This document shows positions 1-8,095 of a stretch of DNA of 64,000 nt, piece by piece (the first letter of the stretch is position 1; every line of letters begins with the position of its first letter). Source of the DNA: Candidatus Rifleibacteriota bacterium (GTDB lineage Bacteria; Muiribacteriota; Ozemobacteria; Ozemobacterales; Ozemobacteraceae); NCBI GenBank assembly GCA_905236675.1, contig CAJOND010000030.1:26061-90060 (forward strand). Direction: 5' to 3'. A program made the position numbers and the translations under genes. The notes under the pieces were generated by a model. That model saw only the letters and a program-made list of their open reading frames with translations, did not search any database and was not told the origin of the DNA.

Positions 1-32
1 ACAAAACCAAAACTGGTTTTGCACCCTTTTAT

Positions 33-2015
33 ATGTATTTTTTGGTAAGTTTCGTTAACTTTGTTTTCTTTATTTTTCCTAATTTACAAATAGACCCATT
101 ATATGTTGCTGGTATTTTGCCCATTATAATAGTGTGGTTGACTTCAATCGGCTTAATCTTTTCTATATATAAATTATCAAACAATAAGATATTGACTCTT
201 TTTGTGGCTTTAGGAATGATGCCTGGTTTTGCTGTTGAAACAGTATCGGGCTTTTTAAACATAGATTATGATTATTTAATAAGCTTTTTTATCTGGTCTT
301 GGATATTTTTCGGTGCTTTTTATATAAAGAGAGAGAATAATACTTACGTTTATCTTGGTTCAGTAGTAACGGCTTTGTTTATATCTACTTGGAATGGTTC
401 TCCTTTCTTTTATTTTTTTGTTACAACTTATGCATTTGTTCTATGGTTATTTAACACCAAAGATAATTCTTCATATCTGACTTACTCTTCTATAACAATG
501 CTTATAGGTAGCGTAGTAGCCATGATTTTTGTCCCTAGAAACGAAGAAACTATAAAATCTTTTATCAATTGTAATGTCGGGAGATATTCATATATTCAAG
601 GGGTATTTGTTTTTATAGGAGCCATTTTTATTGCTTTTTTGAATTATATAAAAAAGTCAAAAAAAACGAGATTGTTCGGCTTATCTTTATTAGCTCTGGT
701 TGTGATTATTTTAACTTTTTTATTTCATGATACTTTGTTTCAAGCTTCGGGTATTATTTTCCAAAAAGATCCTGTTCATGCCACTATAGGTGAACTTGAC
801 TATGGAGTAGAATTTAGAAATATCTATTTAGATGCTTTGAAAGGCTTTCTTTTCAGATTCGGTCCTTGTCTTATATTTTTCCCTGTAAGTTTATTATTGT
901 TCCCATCATTCTCTAAGCAGAAAGAAATAAAATTTATACTAGACTGGCTTTTATTATTTCTGGTTCTATCACTTTTCTATCAAATTAGGTATTATAGATG
1001 GATGGGTTGCGGTTATGGTTTGATAATAGGAATTAGCAGCTGGTGTTTTTGGGAAATGATTAAAAAGTTTTCTGTTAATCTTAGCCATTCATTTCAAAGA
1101 ACCGCTATTTGTATTCTGCCTTTTCTTTGGTTAGGAATAACTGTTAATTATGCTTGTATAAAAATACATACTAATTTAAAGAAAGATGAAATAACTCTTT
1201 ATAATTGGATAAAAGATAATACCCCTGAAACATCTGGCTATTCAGATGATAAAGATCCAGAATATGGGGTGCTAGCATACTGGGATGATGGAAATAAATT
1301 ATCTTTTTATACCAAAAGACCTGTGGTTGTAAGCAATTCATTATGGGGCTATAAGACTATGGCATGTATTTTCTCTTCTGAGAACGAGAAAGAAGCTTAT
1401 GAGCTATGTAAAAAATATGGAGTAAGATATACAGTCATAGCTCCATCAAGGCAAGTAGAGGATGAAAAAAATAGTATTTTACGTTATTGGCCTCTTTTTA
1501 AGAATATGCCTGAAACTTCTGAATATAAGCTTTATTATGGTGAATTGCCACAGAGGGATTCTTTTGATTTCTTTTTCTTTTGGTTAAGAGATAACATGGG
1601 GTTGACTCCAATGGGAGAATTCGGTAATAGCAGTCATTTCAGGCTGGTTTTTGCTAACGAGAATGATGGTAGAACCATTTCAAAATATTTTGTATTTCAA
1701 ACTGTTAAAGGGGCTGTTTGTAAATTTAAGGCTTTAGCAGGAGCGAAGGTTTCTCTTTCAATGGAATTTAATGTTGGTGAAATAGCATTTATATATAAAT
1801 CAGAAAAGACTGCTAACGAAGATGGAGTTTGTGAGTTTGTTCTGCCATACAGCAATGGCTATGATAGTGGAAATATAACAACAGATCCTTTCTATAAGGT
1901 TTCTATAGAAGAGACTGACGGGCAAAAAAGATTAGCCAAGCTTATCCTCACTGATAGTGATGTTGTAAATGGGCATGAAGTAGACTTAGCAAAATCCTTA
2001 GAGTATTTAGAATAA
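33..2015 (+). CDS. STT3/AglB/PglB-family oligosaccharyltransferase-like membrane protein; may start upstream of the window
   Basis: The N-terminal two thirds is multi-TM and the C-terminal part is soluble. LAYWDDGNKLSF aligns with the WWDYG catalytic motif. RPVVVSNSLWGYKTMACIFSSENEKEAYELCKKYGVRYTVIAP parallels the STT3 segment after WWDYG (R-T-x-LVDNNTWNN ... E-KAYEIMR-LDV-YVLV). NIDYDY is a candidate DxD motif. The frame is open from nt 3, with no start codon between nt 3 and nt 33. Confidence 0.6.
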   Translation: MYFLVSFVNFVFFIFPNLQIDPLYVAGILPIIIVWLTSIGLIFSIYKLSNNKILTLFVALGMMPGFAVETVSGFLNIDYDYLISFFIWSWIFFGAFYIKRENNTYVYLGSVVTALFISTWNGSPFFYFFVTTYAFVLWLFNTKDNSSYLTYSSITMLIGSVVAMIFVPRNEETIKSFINCNVGRYSYIQGVFVFIGAIFIAFLNYIKKSKKTRLFGLSLLALVVIILTFLFHDTLFQASGIIFQKDPVHATIGELDYGVEFRNIYLDALKGFLFRFGPCLIFFPVSLLLFPSFSKQKEIKFILDWLLLFLVLSLFYQIRYYRWMGCGYGLIIGISSWCFWEMIKKFSVNLSHSFQRTAICILPFLWLGITVNYACIKIHTNLKKDEITLYNWIKDNTPETSGYSDDKDPEYGVLAYWDDGNKLSFYTKRPVVVSNSLWGYKTMACIFSSENEKEAYELCKKYGVRYTVIAPSRQVEDEKNSILRYWPLFKNMPETSEYKLYYGELPQRDSFDFFFFWLRDNMGLTPMGEFGNSSHFRLVFANENDGRTISKYFVFQTVKGAVCKFKALAGAKVSLSMEFNVGEIAFIYKSEKTANEDGVCEFVLPYSNGYDSGNITTDPFYKVSIEETDGQKRLAKLILTDSDVVNGHEVDLAKSLEYLE

Positions 2016-2074
2016 TCTATTACCTCTTTATTGTAAAGAAAAGGATTTAGAGCATCTAACCTTATTTCTCTCTG

Positions 2075-3913
2075 CTAATTAACCAAAAGGTTGTTTATCC
2101 ACTTCTTAATGGCTATAGTAGAAGTTGCAGGCCTGCTTAAGCTCTCTGTAAATTCAAAATTCTCCGATTGGAAAAATAGGGTTTCTCTATTAAGAATGCC
2201 AATACTTCTAGGTATATAATTTGACGATAATAGGTTCTGTCCAATTTGTTCCTGTGGTATTTCAAGGCCAAGCAAATAGCAAAGGGTAGGGGCAATATCT
2301 AATTGACAACTTTGAGCTTGTGGATTTAGGTCTTTAAACATGTTTTTTTGCTTTGAATAAAAAATCAGAGGTAATTTACCTAGTTGAAAATGATTGTCTG
2401 ATTTTACTAATTCTGTATGCTCGTAGCCTAATGGCGGGTAATGATCGGCTGTAATTATTATAAGAGTTTTATCATCTATTAAAGAAGAGGATTCACACCT
2501 GTTTATGAAGTTTTTTATCTGTTTATCAGCATCATAGATAGCTTTGACTATCTTGCTAGGATGTGATTTAACCGACTCTGGCTGATCAGGAGCATTGACA
2601 ATACTTTCTGAAACAGGTTGATGCTGATTTAATAGCTTGATTATCATTAAAGAACATCTATTTTTTTCATCAGAAAGAATGTTGTAAGCTTTATCATAAA
2701 GTATATTATCTTCATAACCCCAAACGTAACCTTCAGGCTCAGGATAAGATTTTGCTAAATCTTCATAACCAATAAGATTAGAAAAGCCAAATATATTCCT
2801 TACTGCTATTTCTTCGTTGCCGTAAGCTCTGCTAGAGCCTCTTAAAAACCAAGTAGAGCCAGATTCTTTTTGTTCAAGCATAGAAGCAAGATTGTAGTTT
2901 TGTCGGCTATGATTGCTTGCATTGAATGGTATTTTACTTCCAAGCAAAGCATTAAAGCCTTGAAGACTAGGAAAATCAGAAGTATAAAAGTTGCTGGAAT
3001 AAGGATAATTGTTTACTAAATAATCAAAATAGGGTGAAGCTGCTTGTGGAATATCAGGGTTAAATGCATGAATATATTCTAAGGCAAATGATTCTAGAAC
3101 AATCATTATTACTTTGTTGAACTTTACATTGTTATCTGAATCGGATTTTGCTGGTATAAGACCGTTTTGTTCAAGAAAAGTCTTCTCTTTATCTGTATAA
3201 GGCTTAAAACTAATATTATTCTGGACAATAGGTCGGTTTACAATAAATGCATATAAAGAACCTTTAGAAAGATTTTTCAGAATAGTATTTTTCCCTATAT
3301 TTTTATAGTATTCACCTCCGAATACTAATTCTTTGTCTCCGTATTGGGTTTTCGCAGTAGTAAAGCTCAAATTATGGGTAAAGAATGAAGCAAAGAAAGT
3401 AAATATACATATTGAAACCAGAGGTTTAAAAAAGAAAGGTTCTGAATATTTATCTCTTTTAATACTATAATAGAAGGAGATTACTAATATACATACAAAG
3501 ATTAATAGCCATAATAGGCTTGTTCCCATATTCCCGATATAACCTTTTGTAGAGTTTGTATTGATGAACTGAAGCACAACCCAGTTAAATCGTTCTAGGG
3601 TTGCTCTGAAATACAAAAAGTCAAGTATAGGCAAAAATAAAAGAATATGAAGAAGTATCAATGATATTTTTTTTAGCGCTGGAAGTAACCAGCAGAAAAA
3701 AGCTAAAATTAAAGCAATTAATGAGAATATAAATAAATCGTGGTTACAGCCGCCAAAAAAAGCAAGATAATATCGCCAGTCATGGCTTAAAAAGCTTTTA
3801 TAAAAGAAGATGGCATTATTTAATATTACTATTATGAAAAATAGTATAAAAGGTAAAAAGATTCCTGAGTGGTAAAAAGCATATAAGTAAGAGTTATTTT
3901 TTGTTTTCTTCAT
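2075..3913 (-). CDS. LtaS/MdoB-type membrane phosphoglycerol/phosphoethanolamine transferase (alkaline-phosphatase/sulfatase superfamily)
   Basis: About 5-6 N-terminal TM helices are followed by a sulfatase-fold domain with VIMIVLESFALEY and IIITADHYPP motifs typical of the LTA synthase family. Confidence 0.7.
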   Translation of the reverse strand: MKKTKNNSYLYAFYHSGIFLPFILFFIIVILNNAIFFYKSFLSHDWRYYLAFFGGCNHDLFIFSLIALILAFFCWLLPALKKISLILLHILLFLPILDFLYFRATLERFNWVVLQFINTNSTKGYIGNMGTSLLWLLIFVCILVISFYYSIKRDKYSEPFFFKPLVSICIFTFFASFFTHNLSFTTAKTQYGDKELVFGGEYYKNIGKNTILKNLSKGSLYAFIVNRPIVQNNISFKPYTDKEKTFLEQNGLIPAKSDSDNNVKFNKVIMIVLESFALEYIHAFNPDIPQAASPYFDYLVNNYPYSSNFYTSDFPSLQGFNALLGSKIPFNASNHSRQNYNLASMLEQKESGSTWFLRGSSRAYGNEEIAVRNIFGFSNLIGYEDLAKSYPEPEGYVWGYEDNILYDKAYNILSDEKNRCSLMIIKLLNQHQPVSESIVNAPDQPESVKSHPSKIVKAIYDADKQIKNFINRCESSSLIDDKTLIIITADHYPPLGYEHTELVKSDNHFQLGKLPLIFYSKQKNMFKDLNPQAQSCQLDIAPTLCYLLGLEIPQEQIGQNLLSSNYIPRSIGILNRETLFFQSENFEFTESLSRPATSTIAIKKWINNLLVN

Positions 3914-4241
3914 CTTTTTGTTGTTTAAGCAAAGCTATTTCTTGAGTTAACGTTTTTATCTGATCGCTTTGCTTGCTTATTACCACGGAAAATTGGATTA
4001 ATACTAGAGTTATAGCAATAATTAACAATAAGAAAAGCATTGCTGGAGGATAAGCAATATCTATAGATTTTGCAATATAGTCTAAGGCTTTTCTCCAACA
4101 TGAAAAAAATAGAAACAAGCAGCCAAATATCAACCATATAATTGCATAAGCTTCTTTTAAAAGCTTTTTTCTTATTAGCTCTATAATTGCTATTAGAAAT
4201 AATAAACTTCCAATAATTGATATGATTTGTATAGACTGCAT
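3894..4241 (-). CDS. small 4-TM membrane protein, DUF2304-like
   Basis: 115 aa. The N-terminus IISIIGSLLFLIAIIELIRKKLLKEAYAIIWL resembles DUF2304, a family usually found next to glycosyltransferases. It overlaps the downstream LtaS-like gene by 20 nt. Confidence 0.5.
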   Translation of the reverse strand: MQSIQIISIIGSLLFLIAIIELIRKKLLKEAYAIIWLIFGCLFLFFSCWRKALDYIAKSIDIAYPPAMLFLLLIIAITLVLIQFSVVISKQSDQIKTLTQEIALLKQQKDEENKK

Positions 4242-4254
4242 AATTCTATTTTCT

Positions 4255-4313
4255 GTTAGTTACTTTTATTTAAAAAGTAACTAACATTGATTAAAGTATT
4301 TATAATAAATACT
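4255..4313 (-). terminator. two adjacent hairpins just downstream of the ddh stop (candidate terminator or regulatory structure)
   Basis: 4255-4285 is a perfect 13-bp inverted repeat gttagttactttt/aaaagtaactaac with a 5-nt loop. 4295-4313 has an 8-bp stem agtattta/taaatact. Neither is followed by a clear U-tract on either strand. Confidence 0.35.
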
Positions 4314-4314
4314 A

Positions 4315-5217
4315 TTAAATTAGTGCTTTTATCAAGCTTTCTTTTGAACCTTGCAAATAATCCATGGGTGGTATTTCTGGCATTACATAACAGCCTGGTT
4401 TTTGTTTTACTATTGCACGAGCACAGGCTACCATTATCTGACCAGTTAATGCTGGATTATTTATAGTCATTTCAAATTTGAAACGCTGACTCTGAGTAAT
4501 ACCTGAAACTCCTTTTCGTTCCATCAAAACGCCATGTCCCATGTCCTTACATTCATCTATTGAATTAACAGGAATAACATGGAGTTCATCATGAGCAAAG
4601 TAGGAATCGGCTTTAAGTTCATCATAAATCTTTTCTGCGGTATAACCTTTTTCTAATTCAACGTATACCATTCGGCTATGAATTCCAGCTCCACAAGGAA
4701 TAGTCATTGATAAAGCGTTTTTGACCCCTTTTTTGGAACGTGCTACGACAGAATGACCCATACTCATACCAGGACCAAAATTTGTATAGGTTAGTCCTTT
4801 AGGTGCCATTGCCATCATAAGTGTTCTTACTACGGAATCAGAACCTGGGTCCCAGCCAGCTGCTGTAACTGATGCAACACCGTGTTTTTTAGCTAGTTCG
4901 TCTAATTTTTCATGTAAATCATAAATGTCAGTGTGAATGTCAAAACAATCTACTGTAAAAATACCTTTAGATAAGTATATTGGTGCTAATTCAGGAACAC
5001 TTCTTGATGGTCCGCAAAGAATTGCTACATCAACTTTCCCTAATTCATCAATATCTGAAACCACATTAACATTTGAAAGTTCTGGAGGGGTATTTTTTAA
5101 AGATTTTGCTCTTCTCACTACACCGGCTAATTCCATGTCAGTAGAAGCATTTACTGCTTCTACTGTAAAACGACCAACATTACCATAACCTATAACTGCA
5201 ATTTTAAGTTTCTTCAT
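4315..5217 (-). CDS. ddh: meso-diaminopimelate D-dehydrogenase
   Basis: Rossmann N-terminus KIAVIGYGNVGR. GWDPG and FGPGMSMGHS motifs and the 300-aa length match Corynebacterium/Bacteroides-type Ddh. Confidence 0.85.
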   Translation of the reverse strand: MKKLKIAVIGYGNVGRFTVEAVNASTDMELAGVVRRAKSLKNTPPELSNVNVVSDIDELGKVDVAILCGPSRSVPELAPIYLSKGIFTVDCFDIHTDIYDLHEKLDELAKKHGVASVTAAGWDPGSDSVVRTLMMAMAPKGLTYTNFGPGMSMGHSVVARSKKGVKNALSMTIPCGAGIHSRMVYVELEKGYTAEKIYDELKADSYFAHDELHVIPVNSIDECKDMGHGVLMERKGVSGITQSQRFKFEMTINNPALTGQIMVACARAIVKQKPGCYVMPEIPPMDYLQGSKESLIKALI

Positions 5218-5312
5218 ATAATCTCCTTTAGAAAAATCAGCATAAAAATACCATAATTCATTTTTTAGTAAAAGAATATTAATGTAAAGAGAAGGAAGTT
5301 TTAGGGTGGGTA

Positions 5313-5340
5313 TTACAAAATCAAATTTTTGTGTTATAAT
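5313..5340 (+). promoter_or_regulatory. candidate sigma-70 promoter with extended -10
   Basis: TTACAA, a 16-nt spacer, then TGtTATAAT ending 8 nt before the ATG at 5349. This would imply a leaderless or near-leaderless mRNA. No SD is visible. Confidence 0.35.
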
Positions 5341-5348
5341 ACTTTTCT

Positions 5349-5768
5349 ATGTTAACAGTTGAAACTTTTGAACAAACAGTCATAATCGAGAAGAAGCCTA
5401 CAGCACTTTGTTTTACTGCAAGCTGGTGCTTACCAAGTCAAACTCAGATAAAAGAGTTGGAAGAAATAAGAGGCAAATACGAAGACAAATTTTTAATAGA
5501 AATTCATGATGTTGATCAGTCTAAAGAATTGGCCAAGTCTCTTAAAGTGAACAATCTGCCAACTACTTTATTCTTTGCCGAAGGTGAATTGCAAGAACAG
5601 AATTGTTTATATGGTTACCAAGATAAAACTATGTTGACAGATAGTTTTGAATGTACTTTATGGGAAATGGAAAATAAAAGTTCTGCCAATAAATATGTCT
5701 GGTGGATAATAGGGGCACTAGCATTAGTAGCAATAGCCTTAATTGTTTATTCAAATTATTATCATTAA
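5349..5768 (+). CDS. thioredoxin-fold protein with monothiol WCLPS site and C-terminal TM anchor
   Basis: FTASWCLPSQ occupies the place of WCGPC, with the second Cys replaced by Ser. The C-terminal helix is YVWWIIGALALVAIALIVY. Confidence 0.6.
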   Translation: MLTVETFEQTVIIEKKPTALCFTASWCLPSQTQIKELEEIRGKYEDKFLIEIHDVDQSKELAKSLKVNNLPTTLFFAEGELQEQNCLYGYQDKTMLTDSFECTLWEMENKSSANKYVWWIIGALALVAIALIVYSNYYH

Positions 5769-5930
5769 AAAAATTTTGTATCCATTTTTGATTTTTTAAG
5801 TTTGAAATGATTAAAAATTAATCTTTTTTTGTTTATCTTTGTTTGTTTTCGTCAAAATAATTATTCTAAAAAAAATATCAACTCCTGCCGAAAAGTTTGA
5901 TGGATTTGTTTGCCTCCTTATTTTTTCAGG

Positions 5931-5960
5931 CCGGAGAAAAAGTTTCTCCGGTATTTTTTT
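5931..5960 (+). terminator. rho-independent terminator-like hairpin
   Basis: CCGGAGAA-aaagt-TTCTCCGG (8-bp stem) is followed by tattttttt. It lies 160 nt after the thioredoxin-like stop and 30 nt before the udk P-loop codons. Confidence 0.5.
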
Positions 5961-5997
5961 GTCAATTTTATTCTTTTAAAATAAAAAAAAATGGTAT

Positions 5998-6639
5998 ATT
6001 ATAGGTATAAGTGGATTATCAGGTTCCGGTAAAAGTAGTGTTACAAGGGCAGTTCTCGAACGTTTCCCGGGGAAAATCAGTTACCTTGAACACGATATGT
6101 ATTATTATGCCAAAAAGGATAGGCCGGTTATTCAGAACTTTGACCATCCGAGCGCATTGGAAACAAGTCTTTTGATAAAACATATCAATGACCTGCGCAG
6201 TGGCAAATCAGTAGAACGCCCGATCTATGATTTCAAAGTCAGTGATAGAAGCGATAAAACAGTTAGAGTAGACCCAAAACCCATCTTGATTGTTGAAGGT
6301 TTACTATTATTTAACATTCCAGAAATAATGCCTCTTCTTGATTTGAGAATCTTTGTTGACGTTCCTCTCGATGTAGCTATTATAAGAAGAATAAAACGCG
6401 ACCATGTTGAAAGAGGCAGATCGGTTCAAAGTATTATAACTCAGTATGAAAGCACTGTTCGTGATGCCGCAATACATCTGGTTCAACCATCAAGATATCT
6501 TGCAGATCTTATTATTCCGCAAGGTGCAAACAATCTTGCTGCCTTAGAAGTTCTCTACGGGAAAATAAGAGATCTGCTTGGCAGTAAAAACCCTGACGGT
6601 TTTATTAGAAGTTCAGAAAATGATGATGAGGAATATTAA
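5998..6639 (+). CDS. udk: uridine kinase; start codon unresolved
   Basis: Strong similarity to E. coli Udk: NFDHPSA, ILIVEGLLLF, RIKRDHVERGRS, IIPQG. The P-loop GISGLSGSGKSS is encoded at 6004-6039, upstream of the first in-frame ATG at 6097. The frame is closed by TAA at 5977. The ATG at 5991 is out of frame by one base. Confidence 0.8.
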   Translation: MIGISGLSGSGKSSVTRAVLERFPGKISYLEHDMYYYAKKDRPVIQNFDHPSALETSLLIKHINDLRSGKSVERPIYDFKVSDRSDKTVRVDPKPILIVEGLLLFNIPEIMPLLDLRIFVDVPLDVAIIRRIKRDHVERGRSVQSIITQYESTVRDAAIHLVQPSRYLADLIIPQGANNLAALEVLYGKIRDLLGSKNPDGFIRSSENDDEEY

Positions 6640-6831
6640 ACCTATTGTTGGTGTTTAATATTCCTTTTTATTCTATCTTATTTTAAAATAAAATATTTGC
6701 TTTATGCTTCAAGTGGTAAGCTAGCCATCTAATCAGTCTGAATTTTCGTCTAATGTTTACCTCTTGAAAAATGAAGTATTTTTTTCCTTTTATCAAATAT
6801 TTTTAATCTTCCATCTTATAGAAGAATGTAC

Positions 6832-6859
6832 TTGCACAAAGAAATAAGTGTGCTATAAT
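6832..6859 (+). promoter_or_regulatory. candidate sigma-70 promoter with extended -10 for the FHA/kinase/phosphatase operon
   Basis: TTGCAC, a 16-nt spacer, then TGcTATAAT. GGAGA SD at 6882-6886 and ATG at 6893. Confidence 0.5.
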
Positions 6860-6892
6860 GCTCATACTTGAAGTTTAACTTGGAGATATATA

Positions 6893-8080
6893 ATGACAGA
6901 AGAAAACAATAGCGCCAAAACCGTTTATAGAAGAGTAGTCATACCAGAAGAAGCAAAAAAGAAATTTTTAGTAGGTAATACTCCTCCTTTCTTAGGAAAG
7001 ACTTTTGAATTAACTCCTGGAACAATTTTTAGTATTGGTCGTGAAGAAGGAAAGACCTTACAGTTACCTAGCAGCATGGTTTCTCGTAATCATGCTAAGG
7101 TAGAACTTCAAGATGGCAGATGTATTCTCACTGATACAGATAGTTCTAATGGTACTTTTGCCAATGGTGAAAGACTCCCTGCTAATGAACCATATTTACT
7201 TACTCACCGCGATGTTATAAAATTTGATACTTATGAATTTATTTATGTTGATACGGCTGTTGGAGATATTTGGCAGACCTTAAAACCTCTTTCTAGAGAA
7301 GGTTCTCAAATAGTTTCTTTTTATAGCCCAAAAGGTGGAACAGGAATTACTACAATAATAGTAAATCTTGCTCATTATCTTAGCACTAAGGCAGAAAAGA
7401 AAGTAATAATAGTAGACTTAGATCTTAGATTTGGAGATGTTTTAACTTTTCTAAAAGGTAAACCTGGTCAGACTATTATTGAAGCTATTGGTGAAAGTGA
7501 TATTACTCCAGAAAATATTCAGAAATTTATTCATAAAGGTAGTGATTTTGATTATCTCGCTGCTCCAAAGAAAACAGAACTTGCCGAATTAATTAATCCA
7601 AATCATGTTAAGAGTATACTTTGGAGTCTAGAAGCCAATTATGACTTTGTTCTTGTTGATTTGCAGGCAGTTATAGATGATATAACCATTAATACCTGGG
7701 AACTATCCAACCTGATTTATCTAGTTGGACAACCAGAAATAGGTCATCTAATTGCGGCTAAACGTGTAATAGAAATTATGAATCAGTTTAAATATCCTGA
7801 TTCTAAATTCAAAGTTATTATGAATAAAGTCGGTCGTAACGGGGCTATACCAGCAGAAGAAATCAATGGCTTCCTAAAGAGAGAAACTATTACTCTACCA
7901 TATGCCCCAGATGATGCAATTTTAACATCTAATGCAGGTGAATTACTTCTTTCTCAAAAGCCTTCCTCGCCTTTAAGTGTTGGTATTGCTAATCTAGCTA
8001 GAACAATGATTGGAGAAGAAGTGGTTGTTCAACAAGATGGTGGTATTTTTGCTAAGTTAAAGTCACTTCTTGGAATGTAA
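6893..8080 (+). CDS. FHA domain fused to a TadZ/CpaE-like (MinD/ParA superfamily) ATPase domain with degenerate Walker A
   Basis: FHA core: GREEGKTLQLPSSMVSRNHAKVELQDGRCILTDTDSSNGTFANGERL. ATPase part: IVSFYSPKGGTGITTIIVNLA then VIIVDLDLRFGD. The Walker A reads KGGTGIT, with Ile where GK[ST] has Lys. Confidence 0.75.
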   Translation: MTEENNSAKTVYRRVVIPEEAKKKFLVGNTPPFLGKTFELTPGTIFSIGREEGKTLQLPSSMVSRNHAKVELQDGRCILTDTDSSNGTFANGERLPANEPYLLTHRDVIKFDTYEFIYVDTAVGDIWQTLKPLSREGSQIVSFYSPKGGTGITTIIVNLAHYLSTKAEKKVIIVDLDLRFGDVLTFLKGKPGQTIIEAIGESDITPENIQKFIHKGSDFDYLAAPKKTELAELINPNHVKSILWSLEANYDFVLVDLQAVIDDITINTWELSNLIYLVGQPEIGHLIAAKRVIEIMNQFKYPDSKFKVIMNKVGRNGAIPAEEINGFLKRETITLPYAPDDAILTSNAGELLLSQKPSSPLSVGIANLARTMIGEEVVVQQDGGIFAKLKSLLGM

Positions 8081-8095
8081 TAGAGGGTACTAACT

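Noticed and set aside
5900-5983. 27-codon ORF (MDLFASLFFQAGEKVSPVFFCQFYSFK) spanning the orphan terminator as a leader peptide
   Set aside because: It has no SD and no regulatory codon pattern, and it reads straight through the hairpin. There is not enough evidence to call it.
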